Shown here in pieces: positions 1 through 10,344 of a stretch of 64,000 nt of DNA. Numbering within the stretch: the stretch's first letter is position 1; the number at the start of each line of letters is the position of its first letter. The notes beneath the pieces are model-generated. The model did not search any database and was not told where the DNA came from. It worked only from the letters and a program-made list of their open reading frames with translations. Source of the DNA: Negativicutes bacterium (lineage in GTDB: Bacteria > Bacillota > Negativicutes > UBA1444); contig CAXXIN010000007.1 of the NCBI GenBank assembly GCA_963665275.2, positions 224,001 to 288,000 of the forward strand. The letters run 5' to 3'. Made by a program: the position numbers and the translations under genes.

Positions 1-224
1 GCGGTTTTGGCATGGTTGGGACAATAGCGGATGCACTCGCCGCAGTCGATGCAACGGGATTCAGTAATGCGGGCCTTGCCGCCACGGACACGGATGGCTT
101 CCGTTGGGCAATGGCGGGCGCAGCTCACACAGCCGATGCAACGCTCCGGTAGCAATCGGACTGAATGAAAATATTTCTCCGCGGGAGCACACGCTTTTAA
201 TAACGAACCATCATCTGAATCCAT
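1..224 (-). CDS. N-terminus of a 2x[4Fe-4S] protein, probably the [FeFe]-hydrogenase-like Fe-S protein of DRTGG operons; runs off the window edge
   Basis: Not in the ORF track. Manual translation MDSDDGSLLKACAPAEKYFHSVRLLPERCIGCVSCARHCPTEAIRVRGGKARITESRCIDCGECIRYCPNHAKT has two CxxCxxCxxxCP motifs. Start codon uncertain. Confidence 0.8.
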   Translation of the reverse strand, partial: MDSDDGSLLKACAPAEKYFHSVRLLPERCIGCVSCARHCPTEAIRVRGGKARITESRCIDCGECIRYCPNHAKT

Positions 225-628
225 GTTCCCTTTTCCTTCGACGATTTAATCTGAAACTCGTCAGCAGACCGCGCCATATTGGGCAGTCCCATTCCCGCGC
301 CGAAGCCCATTTCCCGAATGTTGTCGGGCGCAGTCGAAAATCCTTCGCGCATCGCAGCGTCAATATCCGGTATCCCAGGGCCTTCATCTGTAACTTCCAG
401 CTCAGTCCTGTCCGAAAACACCTTGACCCGCATGCGGCCGCCATAGGCATGGATGATGGCATTCAACTCAGCTTCATACGCACACACCGAAATACGCCGG
501 GCAGTCTGCGCATTGACGCCCAATTGCCGAACGACCTGTTTTATTTTGCTGGACGCTTCGCCTGCGGTTTCAAACCGATAATGCTCCAGCGGGAACTCCA
601 GTAATAGTCCCTGTTCCTCAGTTTCCAA
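197..628 (-). CDS. Anti-sigma regulatory factor / RsbT-like Ser/Thr kinase (HATPase_c)
   Basis: N-box EAELNAIIHA, G1 DEGPGI, G2 GFGAGMGL. Confidence 0.85.
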   Translation of the reverse strand: METEEQGLLLEFPLEHYRFETAGEASSKIKQVVRQLGVNAQTARRISVCAYEAELNAIIHAYGGRMRVKVFSDRTELEVTDEGPGIPDIDAAMREGFSTAPDNIREMGFGAGMGLPNMARSADEFQIKSSKEKGTWIQMMVRY

Positions 629-989
629 TCGCTTTTCCCACCAAAGGCGGACAGGGCTTCAGCCCGTTCGCGAATAATATCCCGCACGCTGCAAACAGGG
701 TATGCGGTGTGCTGAAGAGGGGAATATCAAGTTCCTTCGCCATTTCCATCGCCTCTGGCGGCGGAATCTTTCCCCGGACAAAAATAATCGCGGAAAGACC
801 TCCCACATCGGCCGTTCGAACAACCTGAGGATTCGTCAAGCCGGTCAAGAGCAACGCGCCTTCTTTGGTGAACGCGAGAACATCGCTCATGAGATCGGCC
901 CCGCAAGCGGTCGACACTTCCCGTTCCAGGCAATGCTGTCCCCAAAGCTGCGAAGCACCAAGTACTTTTTGAACCTCATGCAGTTTCAA
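618..989 (-). CDS. DRTGG-domain protein
   Basis: ACGADLMSDVL...LLTGLTNPQVVRTA...IIFVRGK pattern; overlaps the kinase gene. Confidence 0.85.
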   Translation of the reverse strand: MKLHEVQKVLGASQLWGQHCLEREVSTACGADLMSDVLAFTKEGALLLTGLTNPQVVRTADVGGLSAIIFVRGKIPPPEAMEMAKELDIPLFSTPHTLFAACGILFANGLKPCPPLVGKAIGN

Positions 990-1025
990 GCCAGGCCCTC
1001 CCTAACGTTATTAATCCAGAAGACA

Positions 1026-1043
1026 TTGTGTACTATTTCACAT
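1026..1043. promoter_or_regulatory. Putative Rex operator
   Basis: TTGTGTACTATTTCACAT versus Rex consensus TTGTGAAnnnnTTCACAA, about 37 bp upstream of the DRTGG operon. Confidence 0.6.
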
Positions 1044-1168
1044 ACATCGGCAAAAAAAGTTGGGCGGTTCGCCCGATTATTACAACCAATTAATAGTTCA
1101 ACATATCATATCATACTATGTTTTTCGTCAAAAAAACATCCCACCAAATTTGTATCTCTTTAATTATT

Positions 1169-2506
1169 CTAGCGTGAACGAAAAATTCCTGCCAATCCAC
1201 AAAACTTTTTATAAAACCAAGTGCGATTTCTCGCGTACGGACCTATGGCCGGCAGCGACGCCGTCAAAGCCAACAGAGTCCAGAATATCGCCGTGACCTG
1301 AATATTAAACAATACATGATCAGTCAGCGAAAAAGCAGCCATCCCCGACATTGCGAGTGCAATCCCCAAATTAAAGCCCTTGGATGAGCGCAGGGAATGT
1401 TTCATGGCCTTGAGCGACCGGACCACCGACATCCCCCAGGCGAGAGCAAAGCAAAGCGCTCCGGGAATTCCGATTTCGGCAGCCAGGCTTAGCAGTGTAT
1501 TGTGTCCATGATAGATGATGACGGCTTCATTCTGAACGAAAAAATCATACTCTGGATACACGAAACGGTAAGACCCCCACCCCAGTCCAATCCACGGGTG
1601 CTCACCGATCATCGCCAGCGTGCTTTCCCACAGCGCCCAGCGCAAAGCTACCGAAGAATCCGCCGAATTGAACATTTCTCTGATCGAAAGCAGCCGCGCC
1701 AGGAAAGCCTCATGCATCGCCGCCAATAAAATGACGAGTACGGCGGCAACCGCCAATAATACCCGCCAGTTCCAATGTCTCCATACGGCAGCCATCATCA
1801 GCGCCATTGCCCCGAGTGAGAGCCACGCGCCCCGTGAATAGGTCAACAGGATGCAAAGAACCGCCAGCGCCGAGACAAAAATCAAAGCGCCCTTACGTTT
1901 CCGTTCATGAGTATCCAGCGACCAGCCGGATGCCAGACCGACGACCATGACCAGGAATGCCGCCAGAACATTGGGGTTTCCCAGCGTTGAAAAAACACGT
2001 TTTTTCAGTTCTGGAAACTGGTCCCCGTCCACCCACCGTTCAGCCGTAACATCCATCCCGGCATGATACTGCAGAAGTCCCCAGATACAAACAACTGCCG
2101 ACGACGCCAATATGGCAATAACGATAAGTCGGCCTTCACGCTTGGTCCTCACGGTCTGTGTTATCAATAGATAGACCAGAATATAAAGCCCCATCAAGTG
2201 GGCATAGTTATAAAAGCCCTCGGCCACGTATGCGGATGTCCATACGGAAACCGCCGCCAGCAAGGCAAAACCGGCAACCCAAAGATCCATCGGGGTACGC
2301 CTCATATAGACCTCACCGGTCCACGCCATCCCCCCGACCAGCAACAGGCCGGCCGAAACCAGAAAGACTACGGCAGCAGTCAAGGAGATCGGCATACAAA
2401 AAATTCCGCCCAGTACGCCTACGCGCATGGCGTTCCTGTACCACGGCCCCAGCGCGGCGGTCTTGGCAAACGGTTTCGTTTTCAACCCTATCAAATCAGT
2501 TCTCAT
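1169..2506 (-). CDS. O-antigen ligase / Wzy_C family membrane protein
   Basis: Many TM segments; RVFSTLGNPNVLA, LTYSRGAW, HPWIGLGWG and HGHN motifs. Confidence 0.85.
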   Translation of the reverse strand: MRTDLIGLKTKPFAKTAALGPWYRNAMRVGVLGGIFCMPISLTAAVVFLVSAGLLLVGGMAWTGEVYMRRTPMDLWVAGFALLAAVSVWTSAYVAEGFYNYAHLMGLYILVYLLITQTVRTKREGRLIVIAILASSAVVCIWGLLQYHAGMDVTAERWVDGDQFPELKKRVFSTLGNPNVLAAFLVMVVGLASGWSLDTHERKRKGALIFVSALAVLCILLTYSRGAWLSLGAMALMMAAVWRHWNWRVLLAVAAVLVILLAAMHEAFLARLLSIREMFNSADSSVALRWALWESTLAMIGEHPWIGLGWGSYRFVYPEYDFFVQNEAVIIYHGHNTLLSLAAEIGIPGALCFALAWGMSVVRSLKAMKHSLRSSKGFNLGIALAMSGMAAFSLTDHVLFNIQVTAIFWTLLALTASLPAIGPYARNRTWFYKKFCGLAGIFRSR

Positions 2507-2562
2507 TTCTCACAAATATATCGGTCTGAAGCCTACAGTATCATTATAACCGAATAACCGAT

Positions 2563-3861
2563 TTACAGCATCAGCTCGCCAACAACCAACCGACGGACTT
2601 CACCGATCATGTACAGCGAGCCTGCCGCACAAACGATCTCCTCCGGGCCCGCCCAACTTTTTGCCCGCATCAGCCCTGTGGCAATACTGCCGGCTGTTTC
2701 AACCTCAGACACAAAGGCGGATATTTCCCTGGCAATATCTTCAACTGCGGCAGCCCGCCCGGAATTGGGACGAACCACTACCGCCCGGTCTGTTTTGCGA
2801 AATAAAATCCGGGCCATCTCCGCATGGTCTTTGTCAGAGAGCACACCAAACAGGAACACAACCGCCCGGCCCGGGAAAACTTCATCCAATGTTTGCCGCA
2901 GGGTTCTGATCCCAGCCGGATTGTGCGCACCATCGAGAACGAGGAGGGGAGATCCCGGAAAAACCTCGAACCGCCCCGGCCATTTCACCTTGGCCAGTCC
3001 TGCTCGGATCACTTCCGTGGACAGTCGCGGTTCCGACTGTCCCAGCAATTGGCATGTTCGAACCGCCAACGCCGCATTGTCGGCCTGATGACGGCCCAGC
3101 ATCCCCGTACAATACTTCTCTGGCGCCCCCCGACCGACAGCCAGCCGGAAAGATTGCCATCCATTCTCATAGCGGCTATCCGTAAGTTGAAAATCCCGGC
3201 CCAACACATTGCACTCAGCCATTGCCCGCTTCGCCGTCGCTTCGATCACCGAGAGCGCTGCCCCGGAGGCGCCTGTCACGACCGGGACTCCCGGCTTGAT
3301 GATGCCGGCCTTGTGATGAGCGATCGCTTCCACCGTATCCCCGCAGCGATCCATATGATCAAGGGTTACGTTAGTGATCACCGAAATCTCCGGCACAATG
3401 ACATTGGTGGAGTCCAGCAGGCCGCCGAGACCCACTTCCACCACGACCAACTCCGCCTGTTCCTGGGCAAACCACAGGAACGCCGCTGCCGTCAGCACTT
3501 CAAATTCAGTCGGGCTCTCCTGTCCGCCTGCGATCATCGCTTCCACCGCCAAGCGAGTCTGGCCGATCACCCCGGCGAAAGCTTCACGGCTGATGTCAAC
3601 TCCATTCAGCCGCATTCTTTCCGGGTAGTCAACCAAATGCGGTGAGGTGTACATGCCGGCGCGAAGCCCGGCCTCCGTCAGCGCGGATGCGATCATGGCC
3701 GTGGTGCTGCCTTTGCCGTTGGTCCCGGTGACATGCACCGACCGGAACCTCCGCTCCGGATGGTCCAGCTGGTCAAGCAGCGCTTCGATCCTTACCAGCC
3801 CGAGCTGAATGCCGAATTTCCCCAGTGATTCGAGATATGCCAGCGCCTCCGTGTAGTTCAT
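2563..3861 (-). CDS. folC: Folylpolyglutamate synthase / dihydrofolate synthase
   Basis: HVTGTNGKGST, YTSPHL, EVGLGGLLDSTN, DGAHNP; follows valS. Confidence 0.97.
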   Translation of the reverse strand: MNYTEALAYLESLGKFGIQLGLVRIEALLDQLDHPERRFRSVHVTGTNGKGSTTAMIASALTEAGLRAGMYTSPHLVDYPERMRLNGVDISREAFAGVIGQTRLAVEAMIAGGQESPTEFEVLTAAAFLWFAQEQAELVVVEVGLGGLLDSTNVIVPEISVITNVTLDHMDRCGDTVEAIAHHKAGIIKPGVPVVTGASGAALSVIEATAKRAMAECNVLGRDFQLTDSRYENGWQSFRLAVGRGAPEKYCTGMLGRHQADNAALAVRTCQLLGQSEPRLSTEVIRAGLAKVKWPGRFEVFPGSPLLVLDGAHNPAGIRTLRQTLDEVFPGRAVVFLFGVLSDKDHAEMARILFRKTDRAVVVRPNSGRAAAVEDIAREISAFVSEVETAGSIATGLMRAKSWAGPEEIVCAAGSLYMIGEVRRLVVGELML

Positions 3862-3883
3862 CTGATTTCTCTCCCGATGTATA

Positions 3884-6535
3884 TTATAGAGTCAAAAAAT
3901 ATTCGATCTGGCCGCGAATGGCCGTCATTTTGTCGGTCACTTCCGCGCGGCGTTCTTTCTGTTGTTCCAGTACTGCTGCCGGTGCTTTGGCAACGAAGCC
4001 GGCATTGGCCAGCTTGCCGTCAATCCGGGTAAGTTCATTTTCAAGAGCCAGCAATTCTTTGTTCATGCGAGCCACTTCTTTTGCCACATCAATCAGGCCT
4101 TTGAGCGGCAGATAGACTTCGATGCCGCTGATAACCCGCGAAACCGAGTTTTCGGGTTTCGCCGCACCCGCCGGAATAATTTCCACCGGGTCCGCCGTCG
4201 CCATCGTCTTGATGAATGGCGTATTTTCCGCCAGAACGGTTGCCAGCTCCTCTGTGGCAGGCTGAAGGATCACTTCGCCTTTGCGGCCTAGCGGCACGTT
4301 CATCTCCGCCCGCATGTTCCGAACCGCTTTGATGGTTTCCATCACGGCGCCCATCTGTGCTTCCGCGGTCTCATCGATTCGGTCCGGTTCCGCCTGCGGC
4401 CAGGCCGCACGCACGATGCTGCCTGCTTCATGCGGCAGATGTTCGCGGATTTCTTCACTGATAAATGGCATGAATGGATGCAGCAGCCGCATTGTCCGCT
4501 CCAGAATGTAAGCCAGGACATATTGGGCCGTATGGCGGCCAGTCGCGCCCTCTTTGTTGTAGAGCCGGGGTTTGGCCAGCTCGATGTACCAGTCGCAGAA
4601 CTCGCCCCAGATGAAATCATACAGCATCCGGGCCGCTTCGCCCAGCTCGAACTTCTCCATGTTCTCGGTCACGCCGGACACCGTCTGCGCATAGCGCGAC
4701 AGGATCCAACGGTCGATGAGGGTCAGTTCGCCGCAGGGCGTTTCAGGATCAAAATCCTCGAGGTTCATGAGCACGAACCGCGAAGCATTCCATATCTTAT
4801 TGGCAAAGTTGCGGCTCGACTCCACCCGCTCCCAGTAAAAACGCATATCGTTGCCGGGGGTGTTGCCTGTCACCAAGGTGAAGCGCAGTGTGTCCGCCCC
4901 GTTCTTTTCGATGACTTCCAGCGGATCAATGCCGTTGCCGAGCGATTTCGACATCTTGCGTCCCTGCGAATCGCGGACCAGTCCGTGGATGAACACGTGA
5001 CGGAACGGTACCTCGTGCATGAATTCCATCCCGGTGAACATCATCCGGGCCACCCAGAAGAAGATGATGTCATAGCCCGTCACCAGCACGCTGGTCGGAT
5101 AATAGCGGGCCAGTTCCTTCGTCTGATCCGGCCACCCCATAGTCGAAAACGGCCACAGAGCCGAACTGAACCAGGTATCCAGCACATCAGGGTCCTGTTC
5201 GATGGCCCCGCCGCAGTGCGGGCAAGAGGTAGGATCCTGACGCGATACGATTGTTTTGCCGCAATCCTGACAGTACCAGGCGGGAATCCTGTGTCCCCAC
5301 CAGATCTGCCTCGAGATACACCAGTCGCGGATGTTTTCCAGCCAGTTCATGTAAGTCTTCGTAAACCGTTCAGGCACGAACTCGGTCCGCCCTGCCCGGA
5401 CCACCTCCATCGCCGGTTCGGCCAGCGGCTGCATCCGCACGAACCACTGCTTGGACACAAGCGGCTCAACAACCGTGTTGCAGCGTTGGCAATGACCCAC
5501 GGCATGCGCATGCTCGTCGATCTTCACCAGATAACCGGCCGCGTCCAGGTCAGCGATGAGTTTTTTGCGGCACTCGTAGCGGTCCAGCCCGGCATAGGCT
5601 TCGCCCGCCTCGGCCGTCATCGCTCCATCATTGCCGATGACCCGGAGGGTAGGCAAATTGTGACGCTGACCCATTTCAAAGTCGTTCGGATCATGCGCCG
5701 GAGTCACTTTCACCGCACCGGTACCAAAGGCAGGGTCAACATAGTCGTCCGCGATAATCGGCAGAATGCGTCCCACTAGCGGCAAAACGAGATTTTTCCC
5801 CACTACCGCCGTGTAGCGTTCATCGGCAGGATTCACCGCCACGCCCGTATCTCCGAGAATCGTCTCCGGTCGGGTGGTAGCCACGGTTACGAATTGCGTC
5901 GGATCATCCTGCAGCGGATAACGCACATGATAGAGCTTGCCGGCGGAATCTTCGTGTTCCACTTCGATGTCCGACAGCGCCGTATTGCAACGAGGGCACC
6001 AGTTGGTGATCCGGTCGCCCTGATAGATCAGTCCTTTTTCGAACAGGCTTACGAATACCTCACGCACGGCCTTCGAACAGCCTTCATCCATCGTGAAGCG
6101 TTCCCTCTCCCAATCGCAGGATGCGCCCAAACGTTTCAGCTGGTTAGTGATGCGATCTCCATATTGGTTCTTCCATTCCCATACCCGTTCGATGAATTTA
6201 TCACGGCCGATATCATAACGGGAGATTCCCTCTTTGGCCAACACTTCTTCCACCTTGATCTGCGTGGCGATTCCAGCATGGTCGCAGCCAGGCATCCACA
6301 AGGTATCGTAGCCCTGCATCCGCCGCCAGCGAATCAGGATATCCTGCAGGGTATTGTCCAGAGCATGCCCCATGTGCAACTGACCTGTAACATTGGGCGG
6401 GGGAATGACGATGCTGTAGTGCTTTCCTTCTGCCGTCGGCTCCGCATGAAACACCCGGTCTTCTTCCCATTTTTTATACCATTTGGTTTCCACCGTCGCC
6501 GGATCATATACTGTTGGAATATTTTCGCGCGTCAT
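3884..6535 (-). CDS. valS: Valine--tRNA ligase
   Basis: PPPNVTGQLHMGH (HIGH), KMSKS, DWCISRQIWWGH; T-box leader. Confidence 0.99.
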   Translation of the reverse strand: MTRENIPTVYDPATVETKWYKKWEEDRVFHAEPTAEGKHYSIVIPPPNVTGQLHMGHALDNTLQDILIRWRRMQGYDTLWMPGCDHAGIATQIKVEEVLAKEGISRYDIGRDKFIERVWEWKNQYGDRITNQLKRLGASCDWERERFTMDEGCSKAVREVFVSLFEKGLIYQGDRITNWCPRCNTALSDIEVEHEDSAGKLYHVRYPLQDDPTQFVTVATTRPETILGDTGVAVNPADERYTAVVGKNLVLPLVGRILPIIADDYVDPAFGTGAVKVTPAHDPNDFEMGQRHNLPTLRVIGNDGAMTAEAGEAYAGLDRYECRKKLIADLDAAGYLVKIDEHAHAVGHCQRCNTVVEPLVSKQWFVRMQPLAEPAMEVVRAGRTEFVPERFTKTYMNWLENIRDWCISRQIWWGHRIPAWYCQDCGKTIVSRQDPTSCPHCGGAIEQDPDVLDTWFSSALWPFSTMGWPDQTKELARYYPTSVLVTGYDIIFFWVARMMFTGMEFMHEVPFRHVFIHGLVRDSQGRKMSKSLGNGIDPLEVIEKNGADTLRFTLVTGNTPGNDMRFYWERVESSRNFANKIWNASRFVLMNLEDFDPETPCGELTLIDRWILSRYAQTVSGVTENMEKFELGEAARMLYDFIWGEFCDWYIELAKPRLYNKEGATGRHTAQYVLAYILERTMRLLHPFMPFISEEIREHLPHEAGSIVRAAWPQAEPDRIDETAEAQMGAVMETIKAVRNMRAEMNVPLGRKGEVILQPATEELATVLAENTPFIKTMATADPVEIIPAGAAKPENSVSRVISGIEVYLPLKGLIDVAKEVARMNKELLALENELTRIDGKLANAGFVAKAPAAVLEQQKERRAEVTDKMTAIRGQIEYFLTL

Positions 6536-6575
6536 CTGTCATTTCCTCCCCATATCTTGAAGTATCTATTATGAA

Positions 6576-6820
6576 TAAAAAAAGCCCTTCCATCCCAAAT
6601 TGCTGGGACGAAAGGACATGCTTCCGCGGTACCACCCGATATTCCTGCCACTTCAGCAGGCTCTTTGCAGTCGTAACGGGACTAACCGGCAGGACTTACT
6701 CTAGATTTCAGTCTTGCAGCTCCAGGATGACTTTCACGTGACCACTCGCCATGGAACCTCACAGCCAAGGGTTCCTTCTCTGGTTGGCTATCGTCCGTTA
6801 CTCTTCCCTTCATCGCCAAT
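6576..6820 (-). ncRNA. T-box riboswitch leader of valS
   Basis: GGTGGTACCGCG T-box (6625-6636), AGTA/GCTG stem I motifs, candidate Val specifier GUC (6729-6731), U-tailed terminator before valS. Confidence 0.93.
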
Positions 6821-6906
6821 GCTCATGAAGTTGTATTCCCAATATATCCATCCACCGCGTTTTTGTCAAGTTGCGCGGCGAATCGTGATAGGTTCTGTAG
6901 GTTTTT

Positions 6907-7632
6907 CTACTTGCGCAGCAGAATTCTGACCGCCCAAATGCTGGCTTCATACAGGATAATGATGGGAATCGCCATCATTATCTGAGAAAAAACATCCGGC
7001 GTCGGCGTAATGATTCCGCCCACGATGAAGGCGACCAGGATCATCATCCGGCGCTGTTTCGCGAGGAAAGCCGAGCTGATGATCCCCATTTTCGCCAGTA
7101 CCAATAGTCCTAGCGGCAGGTTGAATATAATGCCGAACGGCAGAATGAACGATAGCAAAAACGAAAGATACTGACCCAGCGACAGCATCGGCTGCAGCGA
7201 TTCACTGCCAAAACCGAGAAAAAACTTGACGGCGGGCGGCCACACCACCAGGTACGCAAAAGCAATGCCGATAAAAAAAAGAACCGCCGCACCGGGAACC
7301 ATAATGATCGCCCATCTTTTCTCACCGGAAGTTAATGCCGGAGCCACAAAAGCCCATATTTGCCACAAAATGATCGGCAGCGACAGCATGCCTCCTGCGA
7401 AAACCGCCAGTTTCAAAAAAGCGAAGAATCCCTCCGCCGGGCTCATGAAATACAGTTTTCCTGCCGGCGCCGTGACGAACCGCATCAACTCATCGATGTA
7501 AACATAAGCAATGATCGTGCCCACTACAATGGCAAGAACGGAAATGACGATGCGCCGGCGCAACTCGCCCAGATGGCCGACCAGCGTCATTTCACGCAGG
7601 GTTTTGGTTTCCTGCTCCGGATTTTTTTCCAT
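6907..7632 (-). CDS. tatC: Twin-arginine translocase subunit TatC
   Basis: HLGELRRR, WAFVAPAL, ITPTPD, LYE motifs; start moved to MEKNPEQ. Confidence 0.95.
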   Translation of the reverse strand: MEKNPEQETKTLREMTLVGHLGELRRRIVISVLAIVVGTIIAYVYIDELMRFVTAPAGKLYFMSPAEGFFAFLKLAVFAGGMLSLPIILWQIWAFVAPALTSGEKRWAIIMVPGAAVLFFIGIAFAYLVVWPPAVKFFLGFGSESLQPMLSLGQYLSFLLSFILPFGIIFNLPLGLLVLAKMGIISSAFLAKQRRMMILVAFIVGGIITPTPDVFSQIMMAIPIIILYEASIWAVRILLRK

Positions 7633-7642
7633 GCTCAGGGCC

Positions 7643-7849
7643 TCACTTCTTATTTTCGCGGTCTTTTTCCGGCGCCGGGAGTTCTTTCTTGGCCGTGTCG
7701 GACTTTTCAGGATCGACATTGGTCGCGTTGCGGAACTCGTTGATCGTCTTGCCGAGAGCCTTGCCGATATCCGGCAGGTTCTTGGCGCCAAAAATCACCA
7801 GAGCGATGACCAAAATCAGAATCAGTTCAGGCATTCCCAGTCCAAACAT
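7643..7849 (-). CDS. tatA: Twin-arginine translocase subunit TatA/E
   Basis: [33 protein letters not shown]. Confidence 0.96.
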   Translation of the reverse strand: MFGLGMPELILILVIALVIFGAKNLPDIGKALGKTINEFRNATNVDPEKSDTAKKELPAPEKDRENKK

Positions 7850-7871
7850 TCGTGAGTCTCCTTTCGTTACC

Positions 7872-8783
7872 CTACTTATCCCGACCGCACAAGGATGCCA
7901 AGGCGATGGAGATCACCTTGCTCTCCGGCGTATCAGCCCGGGATGTGACCACTATGGGGCGTCGCGCGCCTACGATCAAGCCGGCGATGGTTCCGCCCGC
8001 CATAAATACCAGTGATTTGCCCAATACATTGCCGACTTCGATATTCGGTACGATCAGCAGATCGGCTTTGCCGGCAACCGGGCTCACTATTCCTTTATGC
8101 CGCGCCGCTTCCTCGTTGACCGCATTGTCGAGCGCCAAGGGGCCATCGACGATGACACCCTTGATCTGTCCCCTGTCGTTCATCTTCGCCAGGGCCGCCG
8201 CATCAATCGTACCCGGCATGTCGGCATTCACCGTTTCGACCGCAGCCAGTACCGCGACCCGGACCGGATCCACTCCCAGCTTGTGGAATACGCCTGCGGC
8301 GTTCTGGATGATATCGGCTTTTTGCTGCAATGTCGGCATGATGTTCATGCCACCGTCCGTGACGCCGATCAGGCGATTGAATTTACTCAGTTCAAACATA
8401 GCCAGATGGCTCAACACCCGGCCGGTACGCAACCCGATCGACTTGTCCAGTACTGCCCGCAGCAGATCGCCGGTATTAATGAGGCCCTTCATGACGATAT
8501 CGGCCTTGCCTGTCGAAACGCATTCGACAGCCTGCATGGCGGAGCGCATATCATCAGGCTCATTCACGATCTTCATCCCATCCAGACGGATTCCTTTTTT
8601 TTGCGCAGCTGCCTCAATCCGCGCCATGTCACCGAACAGGGTGAATGTAGCCAAACCCCGTTCGTAAGCATCCTGACAAGCCTGCAGCACTGCGTCATCC
8701 TGCGCCGCTGCCACTGCAACTCTGGCCGGTTCCATTTTCTGTACTTGTTCAATCAACTCTGAATAACGCGTAATCATGAGCAT
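7872..8783 (-). CDS. ptb: Phosphate butyryltransferase / phosphate acyltransferase
   Basis: [32 protein letters not shown]. Confidence 0.9.
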   Translation of the reverse strand: MLMITRYSELIEQVQKMEPARVAVAAAQDDAVLQACQDAYERGLATFTLFGDMARIEAAAQKKGIRLDGMKIVNEPDDMRSAMQAVECVSTGKADIVMKGLINTGDLLRAVLDKSIGLRTGRVLSHLAMFELSKFNRLIGVTDGGMNIMPTLQQKADIIQNAAGVFHKLGVDPVRVAVLAAVETVNADMPGTIDAAALAKMNDRGQIKGVIVDGPLALDNAVNEEAARHKGIVSPVAGKADLLIVPNIEVGNVLGKSLVFMAGGTIAGLIVGARRPIVVTSRADTPESKVISIALASLCGRDK

Positions 8784-8789
8784 CTCTCC

Positions 8790-9272
8790 TTAGATTGTTT
8801 CGTGCAGCAGCAGCAATTGCGACCGCTTCCAGTTTTTGCGGCTGAACAGCACCCGGTACTCGGTTATGCCGATGTCCTGCGCCATCGCCTCCACCCGTTC
8901 CAGGCACTCTTCGCGTGTATGGCTGTGAAATACCGTATATAAATTATAAGGCCATTTTTCATGCGGCTGCCGCAAATACACATGGGAAATAAAAGTGCAG
9001 GAAGCCATCACAGTCGCTACAGCATTCACTCTTTCGACCGGAATCCTCCAACAGCAAAGAGCGTTCCCGTGAAATCCGGCCATGCGGTGCTGCAATACCG
9101 CCCCCATTTTCCGCAGCATGCCCGCCGCCTTCATCTGATGCAGTCTCGCCAATAATTCCTCTTGCGAAATTCCGATTTCGTCCGCCATGATACGATAAGG
9201 GTCCGGCGCCAGAGGGAACTCCCCCTGCACCCGCCGGATAATTTGCTGATCCACGGTATCCGTCACGCACAC
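8790..9272 (-). CDS. ahbB: Siroheme decarboxylase beta subunit (AhbB/NirH-like, Lrp/AsnC fold)
   Basis: LQHRMAGFHGNALCCW, SHVYLR, WPYNLYTVFH. Confidence 0.8.
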   Translation of the reverse strand: MCVTDTVDQQIIRRVQGEFPLAPDPYRIMADEIGISQEELLARLHQMKAAGMLRKMGAVLQHRMAGFHGNALCCWRIPVERVNAVATVMASCTFISHVYLRQPHEKWPYNLYTVFHSHTREECLERVEAMAQDIGITEYRVLFSRKNWKRSQLLLLHETI

Positions 9273-9728
9273 CTACTCTATCTGAAATTCCACATTTACT
9301 TTGTAACGTTCGGTTGTCGGCATGGAAAACACCTCAAGCACTCCCGGCATGCGCTCCACTTCCAGCAACAAGGCCGACAAATCCGCCTCGTCCCTCACCT
9401 GAAGCGTAAACCAGAGGTTATACTCGTTGTCTCTTTCGTCGTTATGAGTAACCTGGGGCCAGGCATTCACAGCCCGGGCGATCTCCGGCAGAAATTCCGG
9501 CGTTACTTTGACAGCGACCAACCACCCTTTATACCCCAACGAGTCCGCGTCGAAAAAGGCGCCAAACCGCCTGATCACGCCCTGCGCCTTCATGGTGGAA
9601 ATTCTATCGATCACGGTTGCCTCATCAGTGCCGAGTTGCGCCGCAATATCGGCGAACGGGGATGGGGTCAGCGGCAATCCGGTTTGAATAACATTCAACA
9701 GCAGCTTGTCAAACGGCGTCAGTTGCAT
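9273..9728 (-). CDS. ahbA: Siroheme decarboxylase alpha subunit (AhbA/NirD-like)
   Basis: [43 protein letters not shown]; start moved to MQLTPF. Confidence 0.82.
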   Translation of the reverse strand: MQLTPFDKLLLNVIQTGLPLTPSPFADIAAQLGTDEATVIDRISTMKAQGVIRRFGAFFDADSLGYKGWLVAVKVTPEFLPEIARAVNAWPQVTHNDERDNEYNLWFTLQVRDEADLSALLLEVERMPGVLEVFSMPTTERYKVNVEFQIE

Positions 9729-10344
9729 CGAATTCCACTGCCTCCACCAATCTTGCCAGCAGTTCCGTCCGTCCCGAAGGAGTAAGCGCGGAGTACCCCA
9801 GCATCCCGGATTCCGGCGGCAGTCCCAACTTGGCATGCAGCGTTCGCAGAGCGGCTCCGGCCGCTCCCCTGCTCAACTTATCCATTTTGGTAGCGACCGG
9901 TTGAACTTCCAGGCCTTCCTCACGGAGCCATTCGTTGACCTCGACATCAAGAGGCTGCAATTCACGGCGAATGTCCAGCAGCTGCACGACCAGACGCAAT
10001 CGGCTGGACTCGCGAAAATAATGCTGGGTCCATTCATGCAAATCCTGCCGTTCAGACTTACTGCGCTTCGCATAGCCATAGCCTGGCAGATCAACGAGGA
10101 AAAGCGAACGTCGAAGGCCGTCATCGCGTTTCAAAGACACCCGGTAAAAATTGATCGTCCGGGTTTTTCCCGGCGCGCCGCTCGTACGGGCTAGTCCGTT
10201 ATAACGGCAGAGAGAGTTGATCAACGTGGATTTCCCGACATTGGATCGACCGATAAAAGCCACTTCCGGCTCATCCCCGGGTGGAAACTGTGACGCCTTT
10301 ACCGCCGAAGTCACATACTCCGCCTTAATAATTTCCCAGATCAT
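9709..10344 (-). CDS. engB: Ribosome biogenesis GTPase EngB (YihA/YsxC)
   Basis: [19 protein letters not shown]; follows lon. Confidence 0.96.
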   Translation of the reverse strand: MIWEIIKAEYVTSAVKASQFPPGDEPEVAFIGRSNVGKSTLINSLCRYNGLARTSGAPGKTRTINFYRVSLKRDDGLRRSLFLVDLPGYGYAKRSKSERQDLHEWTQHYFRESSRLRLVVQLLDIRRELQPLDVEVNEWLREEGLEVQPVATKMDKLSRGAAGAALRTLHAKLGLPPESGMLGYSALTPSGRTELLARLVEAVEFDATDAV

